From Candidatus Bathyarchaeota archaeon (GTDB lineage Archaea > Thermoproteota > Bathyarchaeia > 40CM-2-53-6): DNA of 64,000 bases. Position numbers and translations under genes: made by a program. Of the stretch, positions 38,978 through 48,866 are shown piece after piece. Under the pieces are notes generated by a model. That model did no database searches, was not told the origin of the DNA, and worked only from the letters and a program-made list of their open reading frames with translations. The stretch is from positions 1,952,001-2,016,000 of the forward strand of contig CAVSBL010000002.1 of the NCBI GenBank assembly GCA_963726255.1. Direction: 5' to 3'. Position 1 is the first letter of the stretch, and each line of letters opens with the position of its first letter.

Positions 38978-41272
38978 CTATAGCAACACCATGTTATCTT
39001 GAACCATGACGCCAGCAGAGATGTTCTCGCCGAGGTTCTGCGTCAGTATCTGAGGGAGGGCAAACTTGCCCTGCCTGAAAATCGAAGACCAATTCAAATG
39101 AGTAAGCCTGTAGTATTCATCGATGATCTGTTTGATGTGGGGTCTTGGTGTGGCTTCACAATTGATGCAAAGATGCTTCTTGAGCGATATCTCGATGGGC
39201 TGTGCGGTTCCAAACGGAGCTGCGCACGAAACGAGCAAACCTACATTATCGTTGTAGGCAATGGCGGTGCCTTCTCGAACATTGGTCGTCGAATCACCGG
39301 TCTGTTCGATGATGCGCTTGTTGGGGGACTTGTTTACTCCTATGACGTCAATGATCAAGCTCTTCGGATAAGTCTCCTTTCTGCTCAAGAGGCTTGGTAT
39401 CGGTTCCTTTCTCTCTTCTGGGATGCCGTGTAGTATGACGCTCTCAATCATGTCTGCCTCGTCTTCTCTTATGACGCCGTCTTTGGCGAACACGAGACGG
39501 CGGAATGAAAATACTCGACCGTCGATGTGGCCGAACTTCTGGCCAAAAAGTGCTATCTTGCTGAGCAGGTCGATGAGAACGTCGTAGAAACCAGACGGAG
39601 TCAGCTTTTCGCCGCCAATCGGCTTGGTGCCGGTAGCGATGTATCTTCCGTAGGAGTCAGTCATGGCACTATAGGCGGTCGCAGAGGCCTTGAGCTTAGG
39701 TCTTCTAGATACGTCGTGATATGCATAGCATGAACAGCCGGGGGTTATGCCAAAGATTGCTGAGTCAGCGGGCTCCTTCAGAATCCACGCCGCAGTCCCC
39801 GTTCCTCCGAACTTGATGTAGCACTGAGAAGCGGTGTTCACTTTAATGCCGTACGATGCTGCAGATGATGAAAGGATTTTTCGAAGCGTTCCAAGCGCGA
39901 TTGCTTGTGAGGGGAAAGGTTCCGTTCCGAACAGTCTTTCAAAGAGTTTCTCGCGTGAGCGATAGTAGACTTCGGACGCAAAAGTGTCTGGAAGTACAAT
40001 GAAGGCAAGCACTCTCTGGTTTGTCTCGGCTCGGAGTTGGGTTATTGCTGAGGTGTAGTCCGCAACGCTCTCTCCACCTGTATCTATGAAGCCGTCCTCG
40101 CCGATCGTGGTTGCTCTTTGAAGCGTTCCAAAACCTAGTTCACCGTACGTGTCCTCAAGCGAGTTCAGAGCAACCGAAATTTCGTCTCTAGTGCCGTTGT
40201 GGATTACGATGTATTTGCCGTCCAGCGACCCAGCAAAAGGACCATGTTGTTTGAGAGAGGCGTGTATCGAAGCGACGGGTGTGATTGCTTCATTGCCGAC
40301 AACCAACGCAAGTTGTGAACGTGGAGCAAGAGATAATTCCTCGAATCTGACGGAAGACGGGCTCGATGGGCCTTCGAGCTCAATTCTCTCGCCGATGAAT
40401 TTCAGGTCGGCTAGCTTCTCGCGTACAAAATCCGTTGCGAAGTTAATTCGCAAAGCTGGGTCTTTCTTGAGATTGCTTGGTAGTGGTTCTCCCTGCCTAA
40501 ACTCTTTGAACACGCATGACTTCGGGTAGGAAACCTTGGACCGAAAGAGAGGGACGAATACTTCGAGCATTTCTTCATTCGGGTCAACAAAGTCAACATG
40601 ATGTTTGATGCGCCAGTAATCAGAAGTCTTGCACTTGCCTTCGCCAAGAGGGAATTCGAGCTGATCTGCTTTCTCAGATTTCCTCCCAACGAGCACTCCA
40701 TAGATCCAATGCGGGAGAACACGGACTTTCACTTCAGACTCTTCTGCCATGTGTACGGCTTCTGCAATTTGTGACTCTGAAATGGGGGTCATGATTCGAG
40801 TTCTGATATCTACCCAAATCGAAAGGCGCGAATCAACAATTTCTGATTGAATTCGGTAGGCGCGTTTCATGTTCGAGGATTTATCTTGAATGTCGCGGGC
40901 CAGAACGTAGCGATCCCCCGTCTTGAGGAAGCCTCTGCTGAGAATATGGTACCTAACTCGGTTCTGCCAGGCCATCTCCACTGCAGCCATCGGGACTGAG
41001 CTCATGGGTTCAACCTTTAGTCCGAGGCTGTCGAACCTGACTAACATTTTCACGAGTTGCTGTGGCTCTGCGTCTAGGACAACAATGTCAGACTCCTTGG
41101 TCTGGAAAACCGCAGCGTCAAAACCATTTCTGATGATTGTGGCACAAACCGCTTGGAGCTTGGCCCGCTTCTCCTGCTCCATCTCCATAACGATGGAAGA
41201 GAATTTGATGCTGCTGCCTGAGACTTGTTGCGGGACTCGAGTTTTTGATTTGTACAAGTTGAGCACTTTCAC
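38978..41272 (-). CDS. ago: Long prokaryotic Argonaute (N-L1-PAZ-L2-MID-PIWI)
   Basis: L1 SIWVDIRTRI; PAZ-like SDYWRIKHHVDFVDPNEEML...YPKSC; MID VYYRSR...PSQ...N.ASQCYIKFGG; PIWI HDVS, GGE, FAKDG, VNK...R, GTAQP, YRLTHLNW; hydrophobic C-terminus. Confidence 0.88.
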   Translation of the reverse strand: MKVLNLYKSKTRVPQQVSGSSIKFSSIVMEMEQEKRAKLQAVCATIIRNGFDAAVFQTKESDIVVLDAEPQQLVKMLVRFDSLGLKVEPMSSVPMAAVEMAWQNRVRYHILSRGFLKTGDRYVLARDIQDKSSNMKRAYRIQSEIVDSRLSIWVDIRTRIMTPISESQIAEAVHMAEESEVKVRVLPHWIYGVLVGRKSEKADQLEFPLGEGKCKTSDYWRIKHHVDFVDPNEEMLEVFVPLFRSKVSYPKSCVFKEFRQGEPLPSNLKKDPALRINFATDFVREKLADLKFIGERIELEGPSSPSSVRFEELSLAPRSQLALVVGNEAITPVASIHASLKQHGPFAGSLDGKYIVIHNGTRDEISVALNSLEDTYGELGFGTLQRATTIGEDGFIDTGGESVADYTSAITQLRAETNQRVLAFIVLPDTFASEVYYRSREKLFERLFGTEPFPSQAIALGTLRKILSSSAASYGIKVNTASQCYIKFGGTGTAAWILKEPADSAIFGITPGCSCYAYHDVSRRPKLKASATAYSAMTDSYGRYIATGTKPIGGEKLTPSGFYDVLIDLLSKIALFGQKFGHIDGRVFSFRRLVFAKDGVIREDEADMIESVILHGIPEERKEPIPSLLSRKETYPKSLIIDVIGVNKSPNKRIIEQTGDSTTNVREGTAIAYNDNVGLLVSCAAPFGTAQPIEISLKKHLCINCEATPRPHIKQIIDEYYRLTHLNWSSIFRQGKFALPQILTQNLGENISAGVMVQDNMVLL

Positions 41273-42012
41273 TTTCTCCCCTCCAGCTTGGTTTGGAACG
41301 TTGATGCCTGAGTTCGTGTCAAGTATGGGCCTAGGATTCTGTCGGCGACGTACCTCAGAATCGCCGCCTGTTCCGAGAGAGTGAATGTGTCGGCGGCTGC
41401 GTGAATGGTCACTACCCCCGTCTCACGGAAACCCACTCTCGGCTCAGAATCGAGCTGGGTAAGCGGCACTTTCACAAATGCAAGCGGCTCGCCGCCGTAG
41501 GCCGCCCAGAATTCAGTCTCGGTGACGGACGCTCGGCTCGTGGCTGAAATCAGATCAGGTTCCTGTTTCTTCGACGGTTTGACGTCCACCTTGATGACTT
41601 CTGGCACGGAATCGATGACAGCTTTCAGAGTGCTTTGGTTGAACTTCAGTATGGAAGTCGCAAGGCCTGGCAAAAGATTATGCTCCATTACGGACTGGAG
41701 ACGGTCTGCTATGGTGCTGGGGCATACCCCGACGAATAGAAAACCAGAGTCAAGGATAACTACCGGCACTCTCTTGAGTTCAACAATCGATTTCTTTGCC
41801 ACGCTTCCTTTCTCGATGGTCTCGTATTCATGCGGATACGCGAATCCCAGTTCGAACACAATTCCTCCCTCAACTTGGTGAATGCTGTCAGGCATTGTCC
41901 CCTCGGTAAAATCCGGAATTTCGGACTCGACCTGAATCGACTTCACTTTCTGGGATAGAGAACGGTCTTTTGCAACATTCTTCGGGATTGGTGTGATGTT
42001 GTAGCTAGGCAA
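41269..42012 (-). CDS. Argonaute-associated protein of unknown function (247 aa)
   Basis: TTG start with GGAGG SD overlapping the upstream stop; its TGA overlaps the Ago GTG; C-terminus QTKLEGRK. Confidence 0.75.
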   Translation of the reverse strand: MPSYNITPIPKNVAKDRSLSQKVKSIQVESEIPDFTEGTMPDSIHQVEGGIVFELGFAYPHEYETIEKGSVAKKSIVELKRVPVVILDSGFLFVGVCPSTIADRLQSVMEHNLLPGLATSILKFNQSTLKAVIDSVPEVIKVDVKPSKKQEPDLISATSRASVTETEFWAAYGGEPLAFVKVPLTQLDSEPRVGFRETGVVTIHAAADTFTLSEQAAILRYVADRILGPYLTRTQASTFQTKLEGRK

Positions 42013-43126
42013 GAAACTCGCCCTCCTGTGCAACTTTCGTCTGAACAAACGGGACGACTTCTGTTTTCACTTTGTAAAATGCGGAACGACCTATCCTCTC
42101 GGTTGTCAGGAGCTTCATTGATGAAAGAGTCGATAGATGATACGAGATTGTTGCCTTATCTTTGCCAAACTTCTCGGTCAGGGTCGAGGGTCTGGTACCC
42201 CGCTCATCATGTTCGAGCAGCATGTGCTTGAGCAATAGCGTGTGAAATTCTGAAAGCTGGGACAGACGTTCCTGAATGCCCTTTATGCCCAACCTGTCCG
42301 CAGCGCTTTCTATCGATTCGCGGTCGACAGTCTTCTTGTGCTGGAGGAAAGTCTCTTCAAGTCCTTGAACGAAAAGCCGCAGTGCCACTCCAGGCACTCC
42401 GAAAGATAATCGAAATACTGCATCGGCAACTTCCTCGGGGACTGTGAACTCTGCGTTGCTAATTATGGCAGAGAAAGAATCGATGATCTCGGTGATGTCG
42501 TCCTTGGACAGCGGATCCAAGTAGACCTGTTTGCTGACAGGTATCACGTCGCTCAGTGAGTCTCGCTGGACGTTCCATGATTCCGGAGTCCATGCGGTGA
42601 TGATGACCCCATGCCCCATAGCTCGAACGATCTCTTTGATGGAACTCGCTGGGTCTTTGTCCTTGTCGAATGAATCCACAACCAGCAGATCCAGTTTCTC
42701 TTTTCGAATCTCGTCAAGAAAGGTGAAGAACCAATTCGGCTCTTCTTTTTGTTCGTCGATTTCCACGAACCTACACGCATCAACGAGTCGCTTCTTAATT
42801 TTTGATTGGATTTTTTCCAGGGAAGAACAGAGCGCGTTCAGGAGAGCAGTCTTTCCGGACTGCTCGACACCTATAACAGGAATATGATAGATGCCTTCCC
42901 GTTCTTTCTCAAAGTAGCCGATGAACTCGGCAGTCTTCTGTAGAGCTTCTTCGCGATCCGCGAGAAGGCTCGGGTTCTCGGTAATCGATTTCGTGAGGTC
43001 GGTTGTCGTCAACAAGCGAGGCTCGATTCGCTGCTCCTTTAGCCAGACCTGCAGGCTGCTGACTTCGCCACGCAGACCCTTCTCGTACGCTTCTTCGAAC
43101 AAATCCAACGTTTGACGTTTATTCAT
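42005..43126 (-). CDS. P-loop (AAA-like) NTPase fused to a C-terminal ArsR-like wHTH, putative operon regulator
   Basis: GVEQSGKT, LLVVD, GVPG; C-terminal KATISYHLSTL...GRSAFY. Confidence 0.75.
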   Translation of the reverse strand: MNKRQTLDLFEEAYEKGLRGEVSSLQVWLKEQRIEPRLLTTTDLTKSITENPSLLADREEALQKTAEFIGYFEKEREGIYHIPVIGVEQSGKTALLNALCSSLEKIQSKIKKRLVDACRFVEIDEQKEEPNWFFTFLDEIRKEKLDLLVVDSFDKDKDPASSIKEIVRAMGHGVIITAWTPESWNVQRDSLSDVIPVSKQVYLDPLSKDDITEIIDSFSAIISNAEFTVPEEVADAVFRLSFGVPGVALRLFVQGLEETFLQHKKTVDRESIESAADRLGIKGIQERLSQLSEFHTLLLKHMLLEHDERGTRPSTLTEKFGKDKATISYHLSTLSSMKLLTTERIGRSAFYKVKTEVVPFVQTKVAQEGEFLA

Positions 43127-43274
43127 ACCAATCAAACTATATTTAAGCTGTTCTTACTAATCAAACAATTATTGCTTCAAGTATTTAAATCTATCATCGG
43201 CCGGTTCTGTCTAATCTTCGGTAGCTTCGGGTTCTTCTTCGGGCTGTCCAAACTCGGTTGCTGGCAGTAGTTGA

Positions 43275-43748
43275 TTACTTCATTTGCCGCTTCTTGCGGG
43301 CAAAAGCCCGGAGCATCGGGACGTCCTCCCGGAAGGCCTGCGCCAGCATCCCCCTCATCTCGTCCGCGAGCGCCTTCGGGGCCAGCACGTAGACATCGAT
43401 TCCGGTCTTTTTCCCCTTTGGAGTGTAAATGAAGACCATCTTCGAGCCCGCGTAGGAACCCTCCAGGTCCTCGGTGATGCGGACAAAGGGAGGAATGGTC
43501 GTTAAACGCACCTTCAGCTTCATCCACCTGCCTCCCCTCACGACTTCGCAGTCGGCTAAGCCCGTTCTCTCATCGATTTTCTTCCACTTCATGTTTCGCA
43601 GGCTCTTACTGTGAGCCTGTGGGTGGAACTCTTCGTCGTTCAGCATGAAATCCCAGACCACGCCGATGGGGGCGTCGAGGACGCTTCCCTTGTCCTCGAA
43701 GTAGACGAAGTCCTTGGGATCTTTTGCCTTTGCGGGGCGGGTCGCCAT
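43275..43748 (-). CDS. Hypothetical protein, possibly SRPBCC/START-like fold
   Basis: LDAPIGVVWDF N-terminal motif, C-terminal helix. Confidence 0.55.
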   Translation of the reverse strand: MATRPAKAKDPKDFVYFEDKGSVLDAPIGVVWDFMLNDEEFHPQAHSKSLRNMKWKKIDERTGLADCEVVRGGRWMKLKVRLTTIPPFVRITEDLEGSYAGSKMVFIYTPKGKKTGIDVYVLAPKALADEMRGMLAQAFREDVPMLRAFARKKRQMK

Positions 43749-43959
43749 GACAGGAGATGTGGTAGGGGGACTATAAAGAGCCCACGAGGCCGAACTACCG
43801 AAGATTAGACAGAACCCATCGGCCGTCATTGCGGCCTTCGTCCAGACGAAATCACGGGGGGCTACACTAGCAAGAATTTCGCCATGCAGTCCAGAGGGAG
43901 ACGATGCTTCTTGCCGCTGCTGGCGAAGCTGACAGCGGAGCTGAGCTGACTAGCAACAA

Positions 43960-46326
43960 TCAGCTTCGTTCAAGAAACCTATGGAAATAGGCCGTTTTCT
44001 TCGGGTTCATGGGGGGGATGTCAGCTAACTTTCTCTCAGTATCACCGATCGAGAAATCCAATGCAAATCGGTGGCTGTCCTTGATCGCTAGCAACATCCT
44101 GCCGAGCACTTGGATACTATCTGGTTCTGTTTGAGAAATCAAGTTGTCGCATAACCTAGCCACCTCGTCATCCACGTCATTGGGGCTGAGGAAATGGGTT
44201 AACATCCCGCAGTAGGTTTCTATGAAGTCCTCTTCGTCGAATCCTTTCTCGGGATAATACCGCTCGGATAGCTCCTTCACGAATTCTCTTGTTTCATGAT
44301 AATTGCTTCCAATCGTCATTTCGGAGCACGAAACCAGGTCCCTCAAGTACAGGTGCGGAAACGGATAGCCGTAGCAGTAGGACGCGGCAAGCAATCGGGC
44401 GCAGAAGCTTACAATGTCTGACTTGGCGCAGTCACTTCCTTGTATGTTCTGGAGGTTTGTGTCGATGGTCTGGGAAAGCCTGTCCAGCATATAGGCATCA
44501 ACGCCTTGCCTGAAGATTCTCAGGAAAAAATCCATGAGGATAGATTGAGCGTTAAGGATCGAGTTGGACGGTGTCGGGCTCTTCACGGTGGAGGCTGAAA
44601 GCATGATGATCTTGTTCAGGTTGGACAGTATTCTCACCACGAGTTTTGTCCGCTCTTCCTCCTGATCCAAGTAGCTTGGGTATCTAGGGTGAGGCGATAG
44701 CTCCTCCTCATCGCCTGAAAATGATGTCTCGGTGTCCCTGAGCATACTCTTCTTGGAGTTTGTCCAGCGCAGTAATGCTTCAAGGTCGCGCAAAAGCGAG
44801 TCCGGACTTGATATTCCGCTCATTCTGCTGGGTAGATAATGCTTCCTCTCCTCCTTCGTCTCGCTGGGAGCGCTCGTTGTCATCTCTGGTTCAAGCGTTC
44901 TCCTTGCAAGCCCGCTGATGATTGCCAACACTTCTGAAATGTCCACCGAGAAATCCCGGTACAGTTTCCTAGAGATTTCTTCAAAGGAGGCTTGGGACCT
45001 TGCAATTCGCTTGATGAAGTAGTGCTTGTCGAAGAATATGCGCCTCCGTCCGCTCCTTCCTCCGCATGTGACCACGACCTCCTTGGGATTTCCCTGCGGT
45101 ATGTCCAAAGCAATCTCACGCGTGACGGGACCAAATTCGCCTTCAATTGTTCCCGCTGTTTCCTCCATCGTAACTACGGCCGTTGCTGGGCCCTTCAATG
45201 GCTCGGTTCTCACCGTGAGAGTGCGTGAAATGTCGTCGAAATCGGCAGAGAGTATCCTTAACGAGTCACTGGCAGGCGACTCCATTGGTCCGGATGCTCT
45301 GAGCAGGCTCCGGACATCCTTGGGCTCTGTGAGAGCGATGCTATCCAGAATTTCGGCGAAATCTTGCCCTCTATGCAGCACTGCACATTCGAGATTTCCG
45401 GATTTAGCCGTCGCAAGCAGTGCGCTTGATGTCAGATTCGGAGAACCCACGAGAAGATGCTTCTCAGGCCCGTCAATGCAAATCACCTTTGAGTGGAACT
45501 GGCGTGAGGGTTCGCTGAACTTAGCTTCCACCACGCGAAATCTAACCCCTTTTGATGCCAGGAGCTGTTCGTAGCGTGATATGTCTGTCAAGTTGTGATT
45601 ACCTCTCTGGAGCGCCAGCGTAACGCTCTCGGTCTTGACTCCGTCAGTAAGCTTGTCCACGACTATGGGATCTTGCGAAAGAAAAGGAGCCATCAGAAAT
45701 ACATCTGTGGTCTTTGCTTGTCCCAAAAGCTCCAGCATCTGCTCCAGAATCGGTCTATTCAGGTTGTGCATAATCGAAAAGCTTCTGTCATTCGGTTCGG
45801 CTGTGACTTTTGCCAGTTGGAATGCTTTAATCAAGTCTTGAAAGAGGGAGGTGACCTTCCGTTCCTCAACGTAACCTTGCAATAGGCCCGCAACCAGTTC
45901 TCCCAGGGTCCTGTACAATGCCCCGTCGTTGGCCGCGCCTAAGCTGACTTTGGTGATGAGTTCCGCATTGCTTGTGAAACCGTGCAGCGTGATATTTCCG
46001 CTTCCTATGTATAATGTGCCTGTGCGTCCGTTTTCCGACAGGAAAAGGAACAGCTTCGGGTGAAATACTCCATTAGAAAGATAAACCGGGACGAGATGGT
46101 AGCTCCTTCCGGTGTGATTCGTAAATCTGTCATAGCTTCTTTCGTATTGTGCGCCGTCGACCAGAACGACGATTTCTGCTCCCGGATTGTTCTCTTGAAG
46201 GGCTTTCAGCAGGCAGATGTCGAAAAAGAAAGGATCGAAGCAGTAAGTAGTCAACACAATGTAGTCGTTGTTCTTCTGCTTCTCTGTAAGTTCCTCGATG
46301 AGGTCTATTCGATGCGCTTTAGCCAT
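43960..46326 (-). CDS. Large protein with two PLD-like (HxK) domains, putative nuclease
   Basis: VFHPKLFL...GSGNIT...N.E and FHSKVI...GSPNLT...NLE. Confidence 0.8.
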   Translation of the reverse strand: MAKAHRIDLIEELTEKQKNNDYIVLTTYCFDPFFFDICLLKALQENNPGAEIVVLVDGAQYERSYDRFTNHTGRSYHLVPVYLSNGVFHPKLFLFLSENGRTGTLYIGSGNITLHGFTSNAELITKVSLGAANDGALYRTLGELVAGLLQGYVEERKVTSLFQDLIKAFQLAKVTAEPNDRSFSIMHNLNRPILEQMLELLGQAKTTDVFLMAPFLSQDPIVVDKLTDGVKTESVTLALQRGNHNLTDISRYEQLLASKGVRFRVVEAKFSEPSRQFHSKVICIDGPEKHLLVGSPNLTSSALLATAKSGNLECAVLHRGQDFAEILDSIALTEPKDVRSLLRASGPMESPASDSLRILSADFDDISRTLTVRTEPLKGPATAVVTMEETAGTIEGEFGPVTREIALDIPQGNPKEVVVTCGGRSGRRRIFFDKHYFIKRIARSQASFEEISRKLYRDFSVDISEVLAIISGLARRTLEPEMTTSAPSETKEERKHYLPSRMSGISSPDSLLRDLEALLRWTNSKKSMLRDTETSFSGDEEELSPHPRYPSYLDQEEERTKLVVRILSNLNKIIMLSASTVKSPTPSNSILNAQSILMDFFLRIFRQGVDAYMLDRLSQTIDTNLQNIQGSDCAKSDIVSFCARLLAASYCYGYPFPHLYLRDLVSCSEMTIGSNYHETREFVKELSERYYPEKGFDEEDFIETYCGMLTHFLSPNDVDDEVARLCDNLISQTEPDSIQVLGRMLLAIKDSHRFALDFSIGDTERKLADIPPMNPKKTAYFHRFLERS

Positions 46327-47990
46327 TCTCTCCCCTTATCGGTGAGTGTCAGTTTCGACCTACTTTCTTGAACGAATCCTGCGTCGTTGAGCAGGCTTCG
46401 TATGGCGTCCCAGCGGTTGTCGCGAGTTCGGAAGTCGACTGGCTCTGTTCTTGCAAAGAAAAGGCGGCCTCCGTCCTCCGTAAATATCCAGTTTTTGGTG
46501 CCGTTGTTCGCGAATCTGTTCGCTGCCTCAAAGAGGTGTCTGTTAACGATCATGAGGGCCAGGTTGACGAGAAAGTCGTGCGCTTTCACGCTGTTGCGAT
46601 CAGAGAATGAGATGATATTGTGGATCGAGATGGGGTCCTCAGTGAGTTCAGCCTTGTTCGACGTGCCGTATTCTCGTAAAATCTGCTCCGTGTCCAAGTA
46701 CCGTTTATGCAGAAGGCATAGCATGACGGCGATTGCCCCCAGCGTGTCCTCCGGCTTCTCGGCATTGTAAAGCAAGTCGTACACTTGCGACTCGTTTATG
46801 CGCGACCGAGTGCTCGTCCTCCGGCTGTGTCCGTTGCGCTTCTCTACGAGTCTGATCAGGTCATCCATGGTCGAGTTAGAATCGATGTGGGCTGAAAGCG
46901 TCCGTGACAAGCCGCTGTAGACGGCGTTCCATTTGATGACGGAAAGAACCCTTGATTTCTCAATGCCGTGGTAGTTGGCAACTACTCTCTGGATCACATC
47001 TAAGAGCATCTCAATCGCGAAGACGTAATAGACGTTCAGTTGAAAGAATTCCCAGAAGTTCCTGGCTTTCTCAAGTCGACCAAAATCAATCTTGGCACGC
47101 GTGTTCCTGTTCTCCGAGAAGTAGATGGCGTCCCATAAATAGCGTTCAAATCCTGCGACAGGCGGATTGGTCTCGTCAATAACGTTCATGAACAAAAAGA
47201 GCGTATTTCTTCTGCGCAGACCCCATTGTCTCACAAACTCGGCATCCTCGAAAGTTAGAATATTCTCCAGGCTAATCGAGTCCTGAGGCAATCTGTCCTC
47301 GAATTCAAGCTGAATCTTACCTTTCTTGAATGCGAGATATTCGTGGTCATCTATGTCCCAGTTATCACCCTTCTTGCTCAAGAAGCCAAAGAGTAGTTTC
47401 GACATGACCTCCTTCTCGCTCTCATTGCGAGGCGTTGAGCAAATACACAGGCTCCTGAAATCCAGCAGCTCCTTCCGACGAAATTTTGTCTTCCTGAAGA
47501 ACTTGGTGTCCGGGGCGTTAAGGCACGAGGCGAGCTTCGAATTTATCGGCGATGTCTGCAGTCCGCCGAGGTAGGTCCAAGCACACCTAAGAATCTCCAG
47601 TTGCCTGCTGTAGTATGTTCTGGCAAAGCCATTGATGGCGAAGCCGAGATCGAACTGGTTGGTTGCGCTCCACTTTCCCCTGAACCGTTGCTTGTTGAAC
47701 ACATTTCTCAGGCTAGGATCAGTATCGTCTCCATTATGGTGCGCCAGGCATGAGAGTATGAATATTCGTTCGTAGTCTAACATGTCAATGGTTTGGCTTC
47801 GAGCCAGGTTTTCAAAATACCAGGCGAGGAGAGTGTAGTACCGAATGCGCCTCGTTACTGAGGTAATCCCTGGCGTGAAATCTTCTTGGATTTTGAGATG
47901 TCGCCCCCACAAGCCCAGCAGGTTGACAGCGCGCGAATCCGATGGGATTCTTTCAGACCAGTCCAGCGTGGTGCGCTCGTCAAGCTGCAT
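46305..47990 (-). CDS. Hypothetical partner of the PLD protein
   Basis: 561-aa ORF overlapping the PLD gene start; N-terminal LLGL...PGITSVTRRIRYY; C-terminal wing motif LTDKGREWL. Confidence 0.75.
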   Translation of the reverse strand: MQLDERTTLDWSERIPSDSRAVNLLGLWGRHLKIQEDFTPGITSVTRRIRYYTLLAWYFENLARSQTIDMLDYERIFILSCLAHHNGDDTDPSLRNVFNKQRFRGKWSATNQFDLGFAINGFARTYYSRQLEILRCAWTYLGGLQTSPINSKLASCLNAPDTKFFRKTKFRRKELLDFRSLCICSTPRNESEKEVMSKLLFGFLSKKGDNWDIDDHEYLAFKKGKIQLEFEDRLPQDSISLENILTFEDAEFVRQWGLRRRNTLFLFMNVIDETNPPVAGFERYLWDAIYFSENRNTRAKIDFGRLEKARNFWEFFQLNVYYVFAIEMLLDVIQRVVANYHGIEKSRVLSVIKWNAVYSGLSRTLSAHIDSNSTMDDLIRLVEKRNGHSRRTSTRSRINESQVYDLLYNAEKPEDTLGAIAVMLCLLHKRYLDTEQILREYGTSNKAELTEDPISIHNIISFSDRNSVKAHDFLVNLALMIVNRHLFEAANRFANNGTKNWIFTEDGGRLFFARTEPVDFRTRDNRWDAIRSLLNDAGFVQESRSKLTLTDKGREWLKRIE

Positions 47991-48188
47991 AGATGATTTA
48001 TTGTGAGGCCGTGCTTTAATGAATTGCCGGACGAATCCTGTGAAAGAAGTACGAAAACTGGAAGCGGATTTTGAAGCTTATTGACCATCACGATGAACAC
48101 TATGCGATTTAAGAGGAATTGGCGCGCCTGGCCAGGAGTGGCGAAATTTCCGACTGAGTTTTCACGCCTTTTCCTTGTGATTTTGCTT

Positions 48189-48803
48189 TCACAGCCACTT
48201 GGAAAGGTGCACTCTCGTGTGGGGGACGTTGATCGGGTAAATCGGTAAACAAGTATAAAGGCAGTCGACTTTCCCGTAGGGCATTTTGATTTCCTTGTTT
48301 TCTCCTGTTCTTGGTTTCGCAGTCCACTCCCTCACGTCTGAGCAGAATGATGCAACAGCTTCCTTGGCTATGCCGCCGAGGAGGCAGATTCTCGGAGCGG
48401 CCAATTCCTCAACTTCTCTGCCCAGGAATCTTGGGACGCATGCCTCTAGCGCTAATCGCGAAAATGGTGTGCCGGCCTTCAATGTTCCACTGGACTTTGT
48501 CGCGCACTTCAGAGCATGAACCAGAAAAAAGCCCTTGCTAAGAAATTGGGATGTGTCCTTCATCTTTAGAATGTCAAGCAGATTGTTTCGGAGAGTATCA
48601 CCGGAGTTGTTCCAGAAGTTGTCGCTGGCTTGAGTCTTGGCGCTCGTGTTAGGCGGGTTCCAAGAAACAAACAGGCAGTCCAGGCGGTTTGGGGGCGCTG
48701 GAATGCCAATCGAGGTACGAGGACATGCGACTTCTGAAGTCCATTCGGAACAGGCGATACATCGGTCTGCCTGCATTTGCAGATTATCCCAGTCCGTCGA
48801 CAA
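48189..48803 (-). CDS. Uracil-DNA glycosylase superfamily-like protein
   Basis: N-terminal CIAC, LFVSWNPP, HALKCA, ACVPRFLGREV, ICLLGGIA as in UDG families 4/5-like folds. Confidence 0.6.
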   Translation of the reverse strand: MSTDWDNLQMQADRCIACSEWTSEVACPRTSIGIPAPPNRLDCLFVSWNPPNTSAKTQASDNFWNNSGDTLRNNLLDILKMKDTSQFLSKGFFLVHALKCATKSSGTLKAGTPFSRLALEACVPRFLGREVEELAAPRICLLGGIAKEAVASFCSDVREWTAKPRTGENKEIKMPYGKVDCLYTCLPIYPINVPHTRVHLSKWL

Positions 48804-48866
48804 ATTTCCGCTCGGTTACAGTAGTCTTAAGCGCCGGATATGTAGGCTTGGATGATGTGACGCTGT

